Source: a bacterium
Lineage (GTDB): Bacteria > JAMOTN01
Assembly: GCA_027062325.1 (NCBI GenBank)
Contig: JAMOTN010000032.1
Coordinates: 1-42,132, forward strand
Length of the DNA stretch: 42,132 nt
Reading direction: 5' to 3'
Shown here: piece by piece, positions 18,057-27,408 of the stretch
How the letters are laid out: each line of letters opens with the position of its first letter
Position numbering within the stretch: position 1 is the first letter of the stretch
Notes under the pieces: generated by a model
Databases searched by the model: none
What the model was told of the DNA's origin: nothing
Seen by the model: only the letters and a program-made list of their open reading frames with translations
Made by a program: the position numbers and the translations under genes

Positions 18057-19319
18057 ATGGTAGATGTCAAAAGACAGTTTACGGAGCTTTTGAGTTATCA
18101 TGATGCCTATAAAAAGATGAAGGAGATTGTTAATAGCTGGAGAGAGAATGCTATAAGAGATATAAAATTGAGAAGGATTTTGGGTCTTGAAAGTGTGATT
18201 TCCATCTCTGAAGGTGTGGGTGGCTTTGTAGCAGAGGATGTGAAAGCCCCATTTGATTTTCCGGTTTTTAACGTCTCTGGAGTTGATGGATGGGCAGTTT
18301 CAGGAGAAGAAGAAGGAAAGTATCGTGTAGTTGGGGAGATAATGGCAGGGGATGTTGGAAAGGAGATTAAACTAAAAGCAGGAGAGGCATGTTGGGTTGC
18401 GACAGGAGCTAAAGTTCCTGCGGGGACTGTGCGTGTGGTTATGAAGGAACATGCAGAAGAAAGCGATGGATATGTTTGGGTGCCAGCTGGGAAAAGGGGT
18501 GATAATTTTGACAGGTGCGGAGATGACATACGGAATGGAGAGCTTCTTTTGAGGAGCTTTGATGTTGTTAGGACAAAGGATTTACCGATTCTTGCAAACT
18601 ATGGAATTTTGGAGTTGAGAATCTTTAGACTTCCTGTGGTAGCTTTTGTCACGGGAGATGAGCTTTTGGATCCGCGGCAAGCAGATGAGAAGATTTTGAA
18701 AATGGGAATGGTGGTTGATGTTCACAGTACGACTTTGAAGAGTTTAATAGAGAGAATGGGTTATTCAGCTGTAATTGAGCGTGTAAAAGATGTAAAGGAT
18801 GAGTTTAAAGAAAGAGTTTATGCAAAGTTATGTGAGGGATACAGGTTATTTGTTTCTACGGGAGCTGCAAGCGTTGGAAAGAAGGATTTAGTAGTGGAGG
18901 TTATAAGCGAGCTTGGATTTGAAAAGGTATTTCATGGAGTTAGGCAAAAGCCGGGTAAACCTACAGGTCTTTATTACAATGAACGAGAAAATGCAGTTTT
19001 TTTGGTGATTCCTGGAAAGCCTTTTTCAGCTACAATGGTTATGCACACATTTTTGGTTCCAATGCTCAAGATGATACGTGGTGAGGTTTTTAGATTTGAA
19101 AAAGCACGATTATCGGAAAGTGTTGAAGTTAAGGGAAAGAGAGCTGAATGGATCCCTGTTATAATTGAGGATGATGAGTATGAGGATATAGTTGTGAGAC
19201 CGCTTGCTTTGAAAAGTTCCCTGTTTTTGTCAAATTTGTTTTCTGATGGAGTGATATATGTGGAGAGTGGTGAAAGATTGTCTGCAGGGGAAAAAGTAAT
19301 ATTTGTAAAGTGGCTTTAA
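18057..19319 (+). CDS. moeA: Molybdopterin molybdotransferase MoeA
   Basis: P.FNVSGVDGWAV, TGAKVPAG, TGDEL, STGAASVGKKD, KPGKP and IPGKP motifs. Confidence 0.9.
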   Translation: MVDVKRQFTELLSYHDAYKKMKEIVNSWRENAIRDIKLRRILGLESVISISEGVGGFVAEDVKAPFDFPVFNVSGVDGWAVSGEEEGKYRVVGEIMAGDVGKEIKLKAGEACWVATGAKVPAGTVRVVMKEHAEESDGYVWVPAGKRGDNFDRCGDDIRNGELLLRSFDVVRTKDLPILANYGILELRIFRLPVVAFVTGDELLDPRQADEKILKMGMVVDVHSTTLKSLIERMGYSAVIERVKDVKDEFKERVYAKLCEGYRLFVSTGAASVGKKDLVVEVISELGFEKVFHGVRQKPGKPTGLYYNERENAVFLVIPGKPFSATMVMHTFLVPMLKMIRGEVFRFEKARLSESVEVKGKRAEWIPVIIEDDEYEDIVVRPLALKSSLFLSNLFSDGVIYVESGERLSAGEKVIFVKWL

Positions 19320-19341
19320 TCTGCGGTTTAAATTTACAGCG

Positions 19342-21018
19342 TTGCATATTTGGAAGGTGGAGTTTGTGAATGAATACTTTTTGAAAGCGGATGGAGAAAG
19401 TTGGGTTTTGTTGACTGAGAAGCTCCTACCTTATAGAAAATACAACTCGTTGTTAACAACTGATGCGGGTTATCCATGGGGAAGAGTTAACTGGATATAC
19501 TCGATGCGTTTTAAAGGTGGAGAGAAGAGAAAAATTTTGGTTCAATGTGGGAGAAGACGACTTTTAGGAGAGGGTTTTGAAATACGGCTTCATGAGAAAG
19601 CAGTTGAGATAGTGTTTACTGAAGATGTCGATGTGTTTTTTCAGTTTGCCTTTTTTACTTTTCATGAGCAGAATTTGCCTGGGAGCGATTTTAGGTGGCA
19701 GTGTTCTTACATAGATGGTGGCGTGGCGCGGGAAGGTGTTGGAAGGGTCAGATGGAAGTTTGAAGGGTTGAAGGCTAGTTTGTCAAACAACTGGTTAATT
19801 GTTGAATTTCCCGAAGAGAAGAGAAGAGGTTACGAATACATAAGTTGGCTTTGGGAGGCTCTTAGGCTAAAGGGAAGAGGAAGAGTTTTGTTTTGGGTGG
19901 AGGATGAGGGAGAAAAAGATTTGCAGGCTACGGTTTTGTCTGATGAGATATTTTCTAGTAATGAGGGACTGAGTCGTGGGGATATTGTTTATTCTTTTTT
20001 GACAGATGGATTGGTAAATGCAGGATATCCATGGTTTGAGGTATGGGGAAGAGATAGTGCAATTTTTGGGATGCAGATTCTGGAATCTGGTTTTGAAAGA
20101 GAAGCTTTGAAAATTTTGGAAGAGCTGATTAACAACTCATGGAAAGGATTAGTTTGGCATCGGTTTTCCTACAAAAGAGTTGCTTCTTATACTTTGTGTG
20201 CAGATGCTACTTTGTGGACAACTTTATTTGCTGAGAAATTATCGCGTGCGTTGGGAAATGAGAGTATAAAGGGATTTGTTGAGTTTTTTGAGGAAGTTTT
20301 CTCGGCCTATTGGGAAGGGTGGCACGATTGGAGGGCACAAGATATTTTTGAGTTAAAGGAAGTAGTGAGGGATAGAAAGAATAACTATACTTGGATGGAT
20401 ACTCCCTACGTTTACAGAGGGAAAAGTCCAATTGAGTTGAGTTTTTTATGGTTTGAATTTGTTAATTGGTTGAGGGAGTTGGATAAAATTGGTTATGTTA
20501 GGTCTTCTAAAGTTAGGGACAGGTTGAAATTATTATATGATGAAGAGCGCTGGCTGAAGATGCTTTGTGATTTGTATTTTGTGAATGAGAAGGGTTGGTT
20601 TGCAGATGGGATTGATTGGAATGGTGATCAGCTAAAAATTTTGCGTCCTAATCAGTTCATGCTACTTAAAATGGATAGAGTGTGCAGAGAGAAAGAATTT
20701 GAAAAAACTCTTCTTGGGAGCTATAAAAAGGTTAGGGATTTGTTAGTCAGGCCCTTTGGAGTGTTGACACTTGCCCCTAATGAAGAGAATTTTATTGCAG
20801 AGCCGGCTTATGCAGTATCAGAGTTTGATAAAGCTTATCATAATGGATGCGCATGGCCTTTTTTGGGTTGGTTTGTCAATGAAAAGGTGGATGAAGAATT
20901 TTTAAAGGAGCATCTTTCCAACAGTGGGGTTGGTTTTGTTTCTGAAGTTTTTACTCCGTCTGGTGAAGCTAGAGGTTGTCCTTTTCAAGCTTGGAGCGTG
21001 TGGACTTTAATTCAATAA
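19342..21018 (+). CDS. Amylo-alpha-1,6-glucosidase / glycogen-debranching enzyme family
   Basis: AGYPWF..WGRD, YTWMD, RPNQ, AYHNG..WP and GCPFQAWS motifs. Start codon uncertain (no clear RBS). Confidence 0.85.
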   Translation: MHIWKVEFVNEYFLKADGESWVLLTEKLLPYRKYNSLLTTDAGYPWGRVNWIYSMRFKGGEKRKILVQCGRRRLLGEGFEIRLHEKAVEIVFTEDVDVFFQFAFFTFHEQNLPGSDFRWQCSYIDGGVAREGVGRVRWKFEGLKASLSNNWLIVEFPEEKRRGYEYISWLWEALRLKGRGRVLFWVEDEGEKDLQATVLSDEIFSSNEGLSRGDIVYSFLTDGLVNAGYPWFEVWGRDSAIFGMQILESGFEREALKILEELINNSWKGLVWHRFSYKRVASYTLCADATLWTTLFAEKLSRALGNESIKGFVEFFEEVFSAYWEGWHDWRAQDIFELKEVVRDRKNNYTWMDTPYVYRGKSPIELSFLWFEFVNWLRELDKIGYVRSSKVRDRLKLLYDEERWLKMLCDLYFVNEKGWFADGIDWNGDQLKILRPNQFMLLKMDRVCREKEFEKTLLGSYKKVRDLLVRPFGVLTLAPNEENFIAEPAYAVSEFDKAYHNGCAWPFLGWFVNEKVDEEFLKEHLSNSGVGFVSEVFTPSGEARGCPFQAWSVWTLIQ

Positions 21019-21085
21019 TTTTTTTATAATCAAGAATAATTGGGGAGAATGTAGTTTTCTTTTGCTTCAGCAGGAGGGAGGGGCT

Positions 21086-21400
21086 ATGGAGTTTGTAAGG
21101 AGAATTGTTGAACATCCAGTTTTGGAATACGAGAAGGGGAAAAAGATAAGATTTTTCTTTGAGGATAGGGAGATAGAAGCTTTTGAAGGGGAAACTATTG
21201 CAGCGGCTTTAGAAGCTGCAGGAGTGCGATGGTATAGGGAGACTGCAAAGTATGGGAGAAAAAGAGGAATATTTTGCGCTATAGGTAAGTGCTCGTCTTG
21301 TTTGGTGGTGGCAGATAACAGAGTGGTTAAAGCTTGTCAGACGTTGGTTAAAGAGGGAATGATTGTTAAGCGACTTAGGGGGAAACCACAGATTGCCTAA
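21086..21400 (+). CDS. [2Fe-2S] subunit (N-terminal domain of sarcosine oxidase / proline dehydrogenase alpha chain)
   Basis: GETIAAAL...RGIFCAIGKCSSCLV...ACQT. ATG 21086 follows GGAGGGAGG. Confidence 0.9.
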   Translation: MEFVRRIVEHPVLEYEKGKKIRFFFEDREIEAFEGETIAAALEAAGVRWYRETAKYGRKRGIFCAIGKCSSCLVVADNRVVKACQTLVKEGMIVKRLRGKPQIA

Positions 21401-21444
21401 TTTGTTTAAATTTATGAGTTTATTGAATTTGGGGTGGTGAAAAA

Positions 21445-22539
21445 ATGGTTGAGGAGTACGACGTGGTAATAGTTGGTTCGGGGCCTGCGGGACTTGCAGC
21501 TGCGGAGGTTTTAGGTGGAGAGGTTTCCGTATGCGTATTGGATGAACAGCCGTATGCTGGAGGGCAGTTGATAAAGCAAACACACAAATTTTTTGGTTCA
21601 AAAGAGCATTTTGCTGGGTGGCGTGGAATAGATATAGCTGAATACTTAATTGGGGAAGTGAAGAGAAGAGGTGTTGAGTTGAAGCAGCAGCATAGAGTAT
21701 TGGGATACTATGCAGAAGAAGATCTGGTGGTGGCAGAAGATGAGAATGGTAAGTTACATGAAATAAGAGGTAAGAAGTACTTGTTTGCAACTGGAGCGAT
21801 GGAGAACATGTTTGTGTTTGAAAATAATGATTTACCGGGTATTTTTGGTGCAGGTGCTGCGCAGACTCTGATGAATATGTATGGAGTGAAGCCTGGAACA
21901 CGTGTTGTGATGCTTGGAGCAGGTAATATTGGTTTGATAGTGAGTTATCAGATGTTACAAGCTGGTATAGATGTTGCGATGATTTTAGATGCGTCGCCAA
22001 CTATTGGTGGATACCATGTTCATGCTGCAAAAGTTGTGAGAGCAGGAGTGCCAATAAGAACCCGGTATACTGTAAAGAGAGCGATAGGAGAAGATAAACT
22101 TGAGGCGGTAGAAATAGTCAAACTTGATGAAAATTGGTCTCCGATTGATGGAACAGAAGAGATAGTGGAGGCTGATCTCCTCTGTATATCCATAGGTTTG
22201 TCTCCTGTTATAGAGTTGTTTGCTCAGGCAGGATGCCGAATAGAGTATGTGCCATTTTTAGGCGGATATGTTCCCGTTCACAATAAATTTATGAAAACGA
22301 CTAATGAAAAGATTTTTGTGGCAGGTGATGCTTCGGGAATTGAAGAAGCAAGCACTGCTATGGTTGAAGGAAAGATTGCTGCTTTGGCTATGTTGGGTGA
22401 TTTAAAAAACGTGGATATTGAGGATAGAATTATGCATGAATTTGAAAGTCTTGCCAAGCTGAGAACAGGCTTTTTTGGAAGACGCCCCAAAGAGGGGAAG
22501 ATTCAGATGGAGAAGCTTGCTTCTAAGTATGGTTTGTAA
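21445..22539 (+). CDS. NAD(P)/FAD-dependent oxidoreductase (alpha-subunit-like)
   Basis: GSGPAG, GGQLIKQTHKFFGS, ATGA, GAGNIG and AGDASGIEEA motifs. Confidence 0.92.
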   Translation: MVEEYDVVIVGSGPAGLAAAEVLGGEVSVCVLDEQPYAGGQLIKQTHKFFGSKEHFAGWRGIDIAEYLIGEVKRRGVELKQQHRVLGYYAEEDLVVAEDENGKLHEIRGKKYLFATGAMENMFVFENNDLPGIFGAGAAQTLMNMYGVKPGTRVVMLGAGNIGLIVSYQMLQAGIDVAMILDASPTIGGYHVHAAKVVRAGVPIRTRYTVKRAIGEDKLEAVEIVKLDENWSPIDGTEEIVEADLLCISIGLSPVIELFAQAGCRIEYVPFLGGYVPVHNKFMKTTNEKIFVAGDASGIEEASTAMVEGKIAALAMLGDLKNVDIEDRIMHEFESLAKLRTGFFGRRPKEGKIQMEKLASKYGL

Positions 22540-22573
22540 TTGATTGGCAGGTTTGGTTTGGGGGGTGTGTTAG

Positions 22574-23056
22574 GTGAATACACCTTGGAGAAAAGATGGA
22601 ATATTAGATAATTCGGTTGTGTCTAAATTGCTGCCACCAGAGGAGCTGAGAAATTCGAAGGCGTATGCACTGTTGGAGTGTGTAGAAAATATTCCGTGTG
22701 ATCCATGTACTCGAGCTTGTCCTTTCAAAGCAATAACAATGGAACATATAACTGATTTGCCACAGATTAATTGGGATAGGTGTACAGGATGTGCCCTTTG
22801 CGTTATGGCTTGTCCGGGACTTGCAATATTCATAATTGATGAAACAACGGATCCTGCAAAAGTTACGGTGCCTTACGAGATGCTGCCACTTCCTGAGGTT
22901 GGAGAAGAGGTTAAGCTGTTATCTAGACGTGGGGAAGTAATTGGAAAGGGGAAGGTTTTAAAGCTTAAGGTTTCTAAGAATAAGACGTATGCGGTGACAG
23001 TTGAAGTGCCTCGAGAGAGGGTGCATGATGTGCGAGCGATAAGGTGTATTAAGTAG
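22574..23056 (+). CDS. 4Fe-4S ferredoxin-type subunit
   Basis: C...IPCDPC...CP and CTGCALCVMACPG motifs. Confidence 0.9.
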   Translation: MNTPWRKDGILDNSVVSKLLPPEELRNSKAYALLECVENIPCDPCTRACPFKAITMEHITDLPQINWDRCTGCALCVMACPGLAIFIIDETTDPAKVTVPYEMLPLPEVGEEVKLLSRRGEVIGKGKVLKLKVSKNKTYAVTVEVPRERVHDVRAIRCIK

Positions 23057-23091
23057 TAAGTAAGGGAAGTGCTTGGGTGAGGTGATGATTT

Positions 23092-23364
23092 GTGAGGTTC
23101 GTCTGCCGATGTGAGGAAGTTACAGAAGAGGAGATAGTTAGGTTAGCAAAAGAGGGTTATTCTCTAGAAGAGATAAAGCGTATGACTCGCATGGGAATGG
23201 GATTGTGTCAGGGTAGAACGTGTTTGAGAATTGCGGCTCGAATTATTGCTGGGATTCAGGGAAAAGATTTGTCTGAAATAAAGTTGCCAACTTCAAGACA
23301 ACCAGTAGTTCCTGTTGAGTTAGGAAAACTGAATGAAGCTTTTGTGAAATCAAAAGATGAGTAG
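23092..23364 (+). CDS. BFD-like [2Fe-2S]-binding small subunit
   Basis: VCRCEEVT ... GMGLCQGRTC. Confidence 0.9.
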   Translation: MRFVCRCEEVTEEEIVRLAKEGYSLEEIKRMTRMGMGLCQGRTCLRIAARIIAGIQGKDLSEIKLPTSRQPVVPVELGKLNEAFVKSKDE

Positions 23365-23402
23365 TTTGATTTGCCAAGCTCTTTTCGGGGAGGGACCAGG
23401 TT

Positions 23403-24557
23403 ATGAAAAACTACGATGTAGTGATAATAGGTGGGGGAGTGATAGGATGTTGCGTTGCATATAATCTTTCGAAAATGGGATTGAAAAATGTATTGGTTAT
23501 AGAGAAAGATTATTTATCGTCTGGGTCTACAGGAAGATGTGGTGGTGGAATTCGTCAGCAATGGGGTACTGAAGCAAACTGTCGCCTTGCTATGGAGAGT
23601 GTCAAAATTTTTGAGCAACTTGAAGAAGAACTTGGAGAAGATATTGAGTGGCATCAGGGGGGATATTTACTTCTTGCTTTTACTGAAGAGGAGGAAGAAC
23701 AGTTTAAGAAAAATGTTGCATTGCAGCAAAGAGTTGGTGTTCCAGTTAGACTTGTAACTTCCCAGGAAGCGAAGGAGATAGTGCCTGCTTTGAATGTTGA
23801 GGGAGTTAGGGTAGCTTCTTATTGTCCGACTGATGGGCATGCTAATCCTTCCAAGGTGACAATTGCGTACGCAAAGAATGCGAAGAAGAATGGGGTTGAT
23901 TTTCTCATAGGTAGAGAAGTTGTGGATGGAATTGTTGATGATGAGGGTGGAAATAAGGTAGTGCGTGGAGTTGTTTTGGATAATGGAGAAAAGATCTATG
24001 CGGATAAAGTTTTGAATGCAGCAGGAGCATTTTCAAGGGAAGTAGGGATGATGTTTGGTGTTGAAATTCCAACGACTTCTTATCGACATCAGATACTTGT
24101 TACAGAGCCGTTGGAGCGCTTTTTTGATCCTTTAATAATTTCCTTTTATCATCATGTTTATTTTAGACAGGAGAAAGCGGGAGGAGTTGTAATGGGATAT
24201 GGTGATCCCAAGGAGCTTCCCAGCACCAAGGTTAATTCAACTTTTGACTTTGCTAAGACCATGGCACACCAAATTTTAGATTTAATGCCTGTTTTAAGGG
24301 ATGTGAGAGTTGTAAGACAATGGGCAGGGTCTTACAACATGAGTCCAGATGCACAGCCTATTTTGGGTACAGTTGATGGTGTTGAAGGTTATTATCAAGC
24401 TGTTGGCTTTTCAGGGCACGGATTTATGTTGGCACCTGCAGTTGGTAGGGCTATGGCAGAAATGATGTTGGGTAAAGATACTTTTGTGGATGTGTCTTAT
24501 CTCTCGGTGAATAGATTCAAGGGTGGAGTTGATACTTCTGAGGTTGCGGTTGTGTAG
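23403..24557 (+). CDS. FAD-dependent amine oxidoreductase (proline dehydrogenase / sarcosine oxidase beta-like, DAO family)
   Basis: GGGVIG, SGSTGRCGGGIRQQ, RQWAG, SPDAQPILG and GFSGHGFMLAP motifs. Confidence 0.92.
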   Translation: MKNYDVVIIGGGVIGCCVAYNLSKMGLKNVLVIEKDYLSSGSTGRCGGGIRQQWGTEANCRLAMESVKIFEQLEEELGEDIEWHQGGYLLLAFTEEEEEQFKKNVALQQRVGVPVRLVTSQEAKEIVPALNVEGVRVASYCPTDGHANPSKVTIAYAKNAKKNGVDFLIGREVVDGIVDDEGGNKVVRGVVLDNGEKIYADKVLNAAGAFSREVGMMFGVEIPTTSYRHQILVTEPLERFFDPLIISFYHHVYFRQEKAGGVVMGYGDPKELPSTKVNSTFDFAKTMAHQILDLMPVLRDVRVVRQWAGSYNMSPDAQPILGTVDGVEGYYQAVGFSGHGFMLAPAVGRAMAEMMLGKDTFVDVSYLSVNRFKGGVDTSEVAVV

Positions 24558-24598
24558 TGAAATAATGGGAAAAATGTGTGTGCTTGGAGGTGGCTTTA

Positions 24599-25600
24599 AT
24601 GAAAATAAAGGGAGTTTTGTTTTTTCTTACTCTACTCATAAATACTGTTTTTGCAAAGGGATTAGTAGTTGATATAAAGAGCATCGATTCCTCACATTTT
24701 CCAGTTATTGTAGCTTACTTTACTGTTCAGGATGAAGGAGGAGCTTATATTAGAAATCTCCCAGAGAATGTATTTAGAGTATATGAAGATGGAGTCAGAG
24801 TGCCAAATCCAATAGTTGAGACTGCAAAACAAAGTATGAATATAGTTATGGTGCTGGATACCTCTGGAAGTATGAAGTACTATTTTGAAGACTGTCAAAA
24901 GGCAGCATATGCTCTTCTCAAAATATTCAATCCGTATGACAACATTGAAATTGTCTCTTTTGATGAAAAAGTAAAGGTTCTTCAAAAATTTACTACTGAC
25001 AGGTATAAACTTACCAAAGCTGTTCTATCTGTTAAACCTTGGGGTGGAACCATTCTTTACGATGCACTTAGCTTTGCAATAGAAGAAGTGGCTTCAAGGA
25101 GGGGAAAAGGAGCAGTTTTGGTTATTACAGATGGATACGATGAAACGAGGGATAATAAGCCACGCCTCAGTAAGGCTACTTTGAAAGAAGTTGTTGATAG
25201 AGCGAAGAGATTTAACGTTCCAGTGTTTGTTGTGGGAATTGGGCATGTTAATGAGGAGGTTTTAGAAACATTAGCTCAGGCGACCGGTGGTGAGTATTAT
25301 CATAATCCACATCCAATTGAGCTTGCTCAGCTTTACAGGGCAATGGGTGGAAATTGGGAGGCAGTGTATAAATTGACTTATGCCACGCCTTTTTACTTCC
25401 CAGATGGTTCGATAAGAAAAGTTGAAGTTGAGGCTATATACGGTAAAGTTTCAGGAATTGGCAAGGCGTTCTATGAAGCACCGGGGAAAAGTGGTGTGAA
25501 AGAAGTTGTAGAGCAACGCTGGTGGCAGTACTATCCTGTAGAGGGGGGAAAGGTATTGTTGAAGAATTACGGTAAATGGCGTGCTGTAAGAAATGATTAG
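24599..25600 (+). CDS. Exported VWA-domain protein
   Basis: Signal peptide ending VFA. MIDAS residues DTSGS, GGT, ITDG; LAQATGGEYY. ATG 24599 follows GGAGG. Confidence 0.9.
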   Translation: MKIKGVLFFLTLLINTVFAKGLVVDIKSIDSSHFPVIVAYFTVQDEGGAYIRNLPENVFRVYEDGVRVPNPIVETAKQSMNIVMVLDTSGSMKYYFEDCQKAAYALLKIFNPYDNIEIVSFDEKVKVLQKFTTDRYKLTKAVLSVKPWGGTILYDALSFAIEEVASRRGKGAVLVITDGYDETRDNKPRLSKATLKEVVDRAKRFNVPVFVVGIGHVNEEVLETLAQATGGEYYHNPHPIELAQLYRAMGGNWEAVYKLTYATPFYFPDGSIRKVEVEAIYGKVSGIGKAFYEAPGKSGVKEVVEQRWWQYYPVEGGKVLLKNYGKWRAVRND

Positions 25601-25612
25601 CGTGGGAGTGGT

Positions 25613-27289
25613 TTGAAAGTGAATTTTATGAAGTTAGGTGGCCGTTGGTTTAAGGGAATAACTTTTGTACTGCTAGTGCTACTGACTTTTACTCTTGTGG
25701 GCTGTAAGAAAAAGAAGAAGGTAATATCATTAAAACGTGTGTTTTATAAGGAAGAGGGAGGATTCGTGGTTAAGAGAGGGCGACTTTCAAAAGCTTGGAA
25801 ATTGAACAATGAAGGTGTCAAGTTTGCCAAGGAAAATAAATTGGATAAAGCGATGGGCAAGTTCATAGAAGCATACGCGGATAAGCAAAGTAGTGCCTTT
25901 TTGATAAATCAGGCAAATGTGTTGCGTTTGAAGGGGAAAGTGGATGATGCTTTAAAACTTTTGGCGCGTGCGGAGGCTCAATCAGATTATTCACTGTTTA
26001 AGAAATATGCTGAGGAATTGAGAAGGGTGCTGACAGCTAATACTGTTTCTACGGTTGAGGTTGAGTTGTTATCTAAGCCTCCTGAACCTCAACATGATGA
26101 GAGATTACATGCAGAGGTTGAGAAACTGTGGCAAGATGGTAAGATTGATGATGTTTTGTTGCTACTTGAGGGTTATGGAATAGATAGATTGGATGGGGAG
26201 TTGAAAGTGTTTTACGCTTACTACTCTTTTGGTAGGAGATCCAAGGCTCCAAATGACGATGTAAATGCTTTGTGGCGTCAAATTTCCAAGGACAAGATTG
26301 CATTTTTGTCTAGATACGATTGGGAGTGGGCAAAACTTGAATACTACGTTAATCTCTACTTCAAGGGAGAAATTGATGCGAATCAGTTTTTATCTGCTGT
26401 AGGAGACGATGCCCCGTTTAAGTTGTTCAGAAAGATACAGGTTTGTTTGAGAGAGGGGAGAAAGGAGGAAGCAAAGAGTTTTTATGAAATTTTGAAAAAA
26501 AATTTTCCTTCTTCTCAATATGTTTCTAAGTTAAAGGTGTTTTTAGAAGAGAGTGAGGAGAATGTGCTTGCAAAAGCTTACTCGATGATGAAGAAACATC
26601 CAGAAGAGGCGCTTGAAATGGTGAGGAGTTTAAAACCTGAGCCGCTCACATGGTCCGTTGTGATGGCAACCTGCGCAGTGAGAGTTGGGGATGTATATGA
26701 AGGATTGGCTAATTACTTGAGAGTTGCGTTGTTGGTTAAAGGAAAGTTGGGACAGGCAAAGATTATCAAGAAACTAAATATGCAAGCTGTGGGAACTGAG
26801 GGAGTTTACATAGATCAGATCAATAAATTGTTGGCTGGTGAGATGGATCATTTGGAATTTCCGGATGATTTACAAGGATTTATCATAGAGTATTTCAAAA
26901 GTAATAAGTGGTGGGAAGAGCTGATTAAGCTTTCGCATTATATGCCAATGGATGTTTGTACTCTTGGTGAAGCTTATTTGAGAGTTGGAAAGTGGGCGAA
27001 GGCTGCTCAAAATCTGAAAGATTGTCCGGATAAAAGAGCGGAGGCAGCTTTGTGTTATGAGAAGATAGGAAAGTTAGAGGAGGCTAAGAGGTTGTATGAG
27101 GAAGAATTTGAGAATGGCAATGTGGATGCGGGGTTGAAGTTGGTAGGGATATACGAAAAATTGAAAGATTTTGATAAGGAGCGTGCTTTAATAAGAAGGT
27201 TGCTTACGATGAATATAACTTCAGAGCAGAAAAAAGGTTTGAAGGCAAAGTTGCTGCAGTTGGAAGCGGATGATTTTGTGCTGTATTGA
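25613..27289 (+). CDS. TPR-repeat lipoprotein
   Basis: Lipobox LVG-C followed by poly-Lys. TPR-like units (NNEGVKFAKENKLDKAMGKF, LGEAYLRVGKWAKAA, CYEKIGKLEEAKRLY). Confidence 0.78.
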   Translation: MKVNFMKLGGRWFKGITFVLLVLLTFTLVGCKKKKKVISLKRVFYKEEGGFVVKRGRLSKAWKLNNEGVKFAKENKLDKAMGKFIEAYADKQSSAFLINQANVLRLKGKVDDALKLLARAEAQSDYSLFKKYAEELRRVLTANTVSTVEVELLSKPPEPQHDERLHAEVEKLWQDGKIDDVLLLLEGYGIDRLDGELKVFYAYYSFGRRSKAPNDDVNALWRQISKDKIAFLSRYDWEWAKLEYYVNLYFKGEIDANQFLSAVGDDAPFKLFRKIQVCLREGRKEEAKSFYEILKKNFPSSQYVSKLKVFLEESEENVLAKAYSMMKKHPEEALEMVRSLKPEPLTWSVVMATCAVRVGDVYEGLANYLRVALLVKGKLGQAKIIKKLNMQAVGTEGVYIDQINKLLAGEMDHLEFPDDLQGFIIEYFKSNKWWEELIKLSHYMPMDVCTLGEAYLRVGKWAKAAQNLKDCPDKRAEAALCYEKIGKLEEAKRLYEEEFENGNVDAGLKLVGIYEKLKDFDKERALIRRLLTMNITSEQKKGLKAKLLQLEADDFVLY

Positions 27290-27334
27290 GGTTTTTAATT
27301 CAGAAAGAAACATGCTATAAAATATGGCCAGTAA

Positions 27335-27368
27335 GGGGGCTTTTTAAAGAGCCCCCGTTTGTGTTTTT
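27335..27368. terminator. Intrinsic terminator between convergent operons
   Basis: GGGGGCTTT-TTAA-AGAGCCCCC hairpin (one G-U pair) followed by GTTTGTGTTTTT. Confidence 0.75.
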
Positions 27369-27408
27369 ACTGTGCATATTTGATTGTTGCTGCTAAAGAT
27401 CCTAAGGA

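Noticed and set aside
21209-22000. 263-aa antisense ORF over the oxidoreductase genes (similarly 10055-10684 and 6738-7414)
   Set aside because: His/Gln/Pro/Ser/Phe-rich translations mirror the G-rich sense strand, and they overlap well-supported genes.
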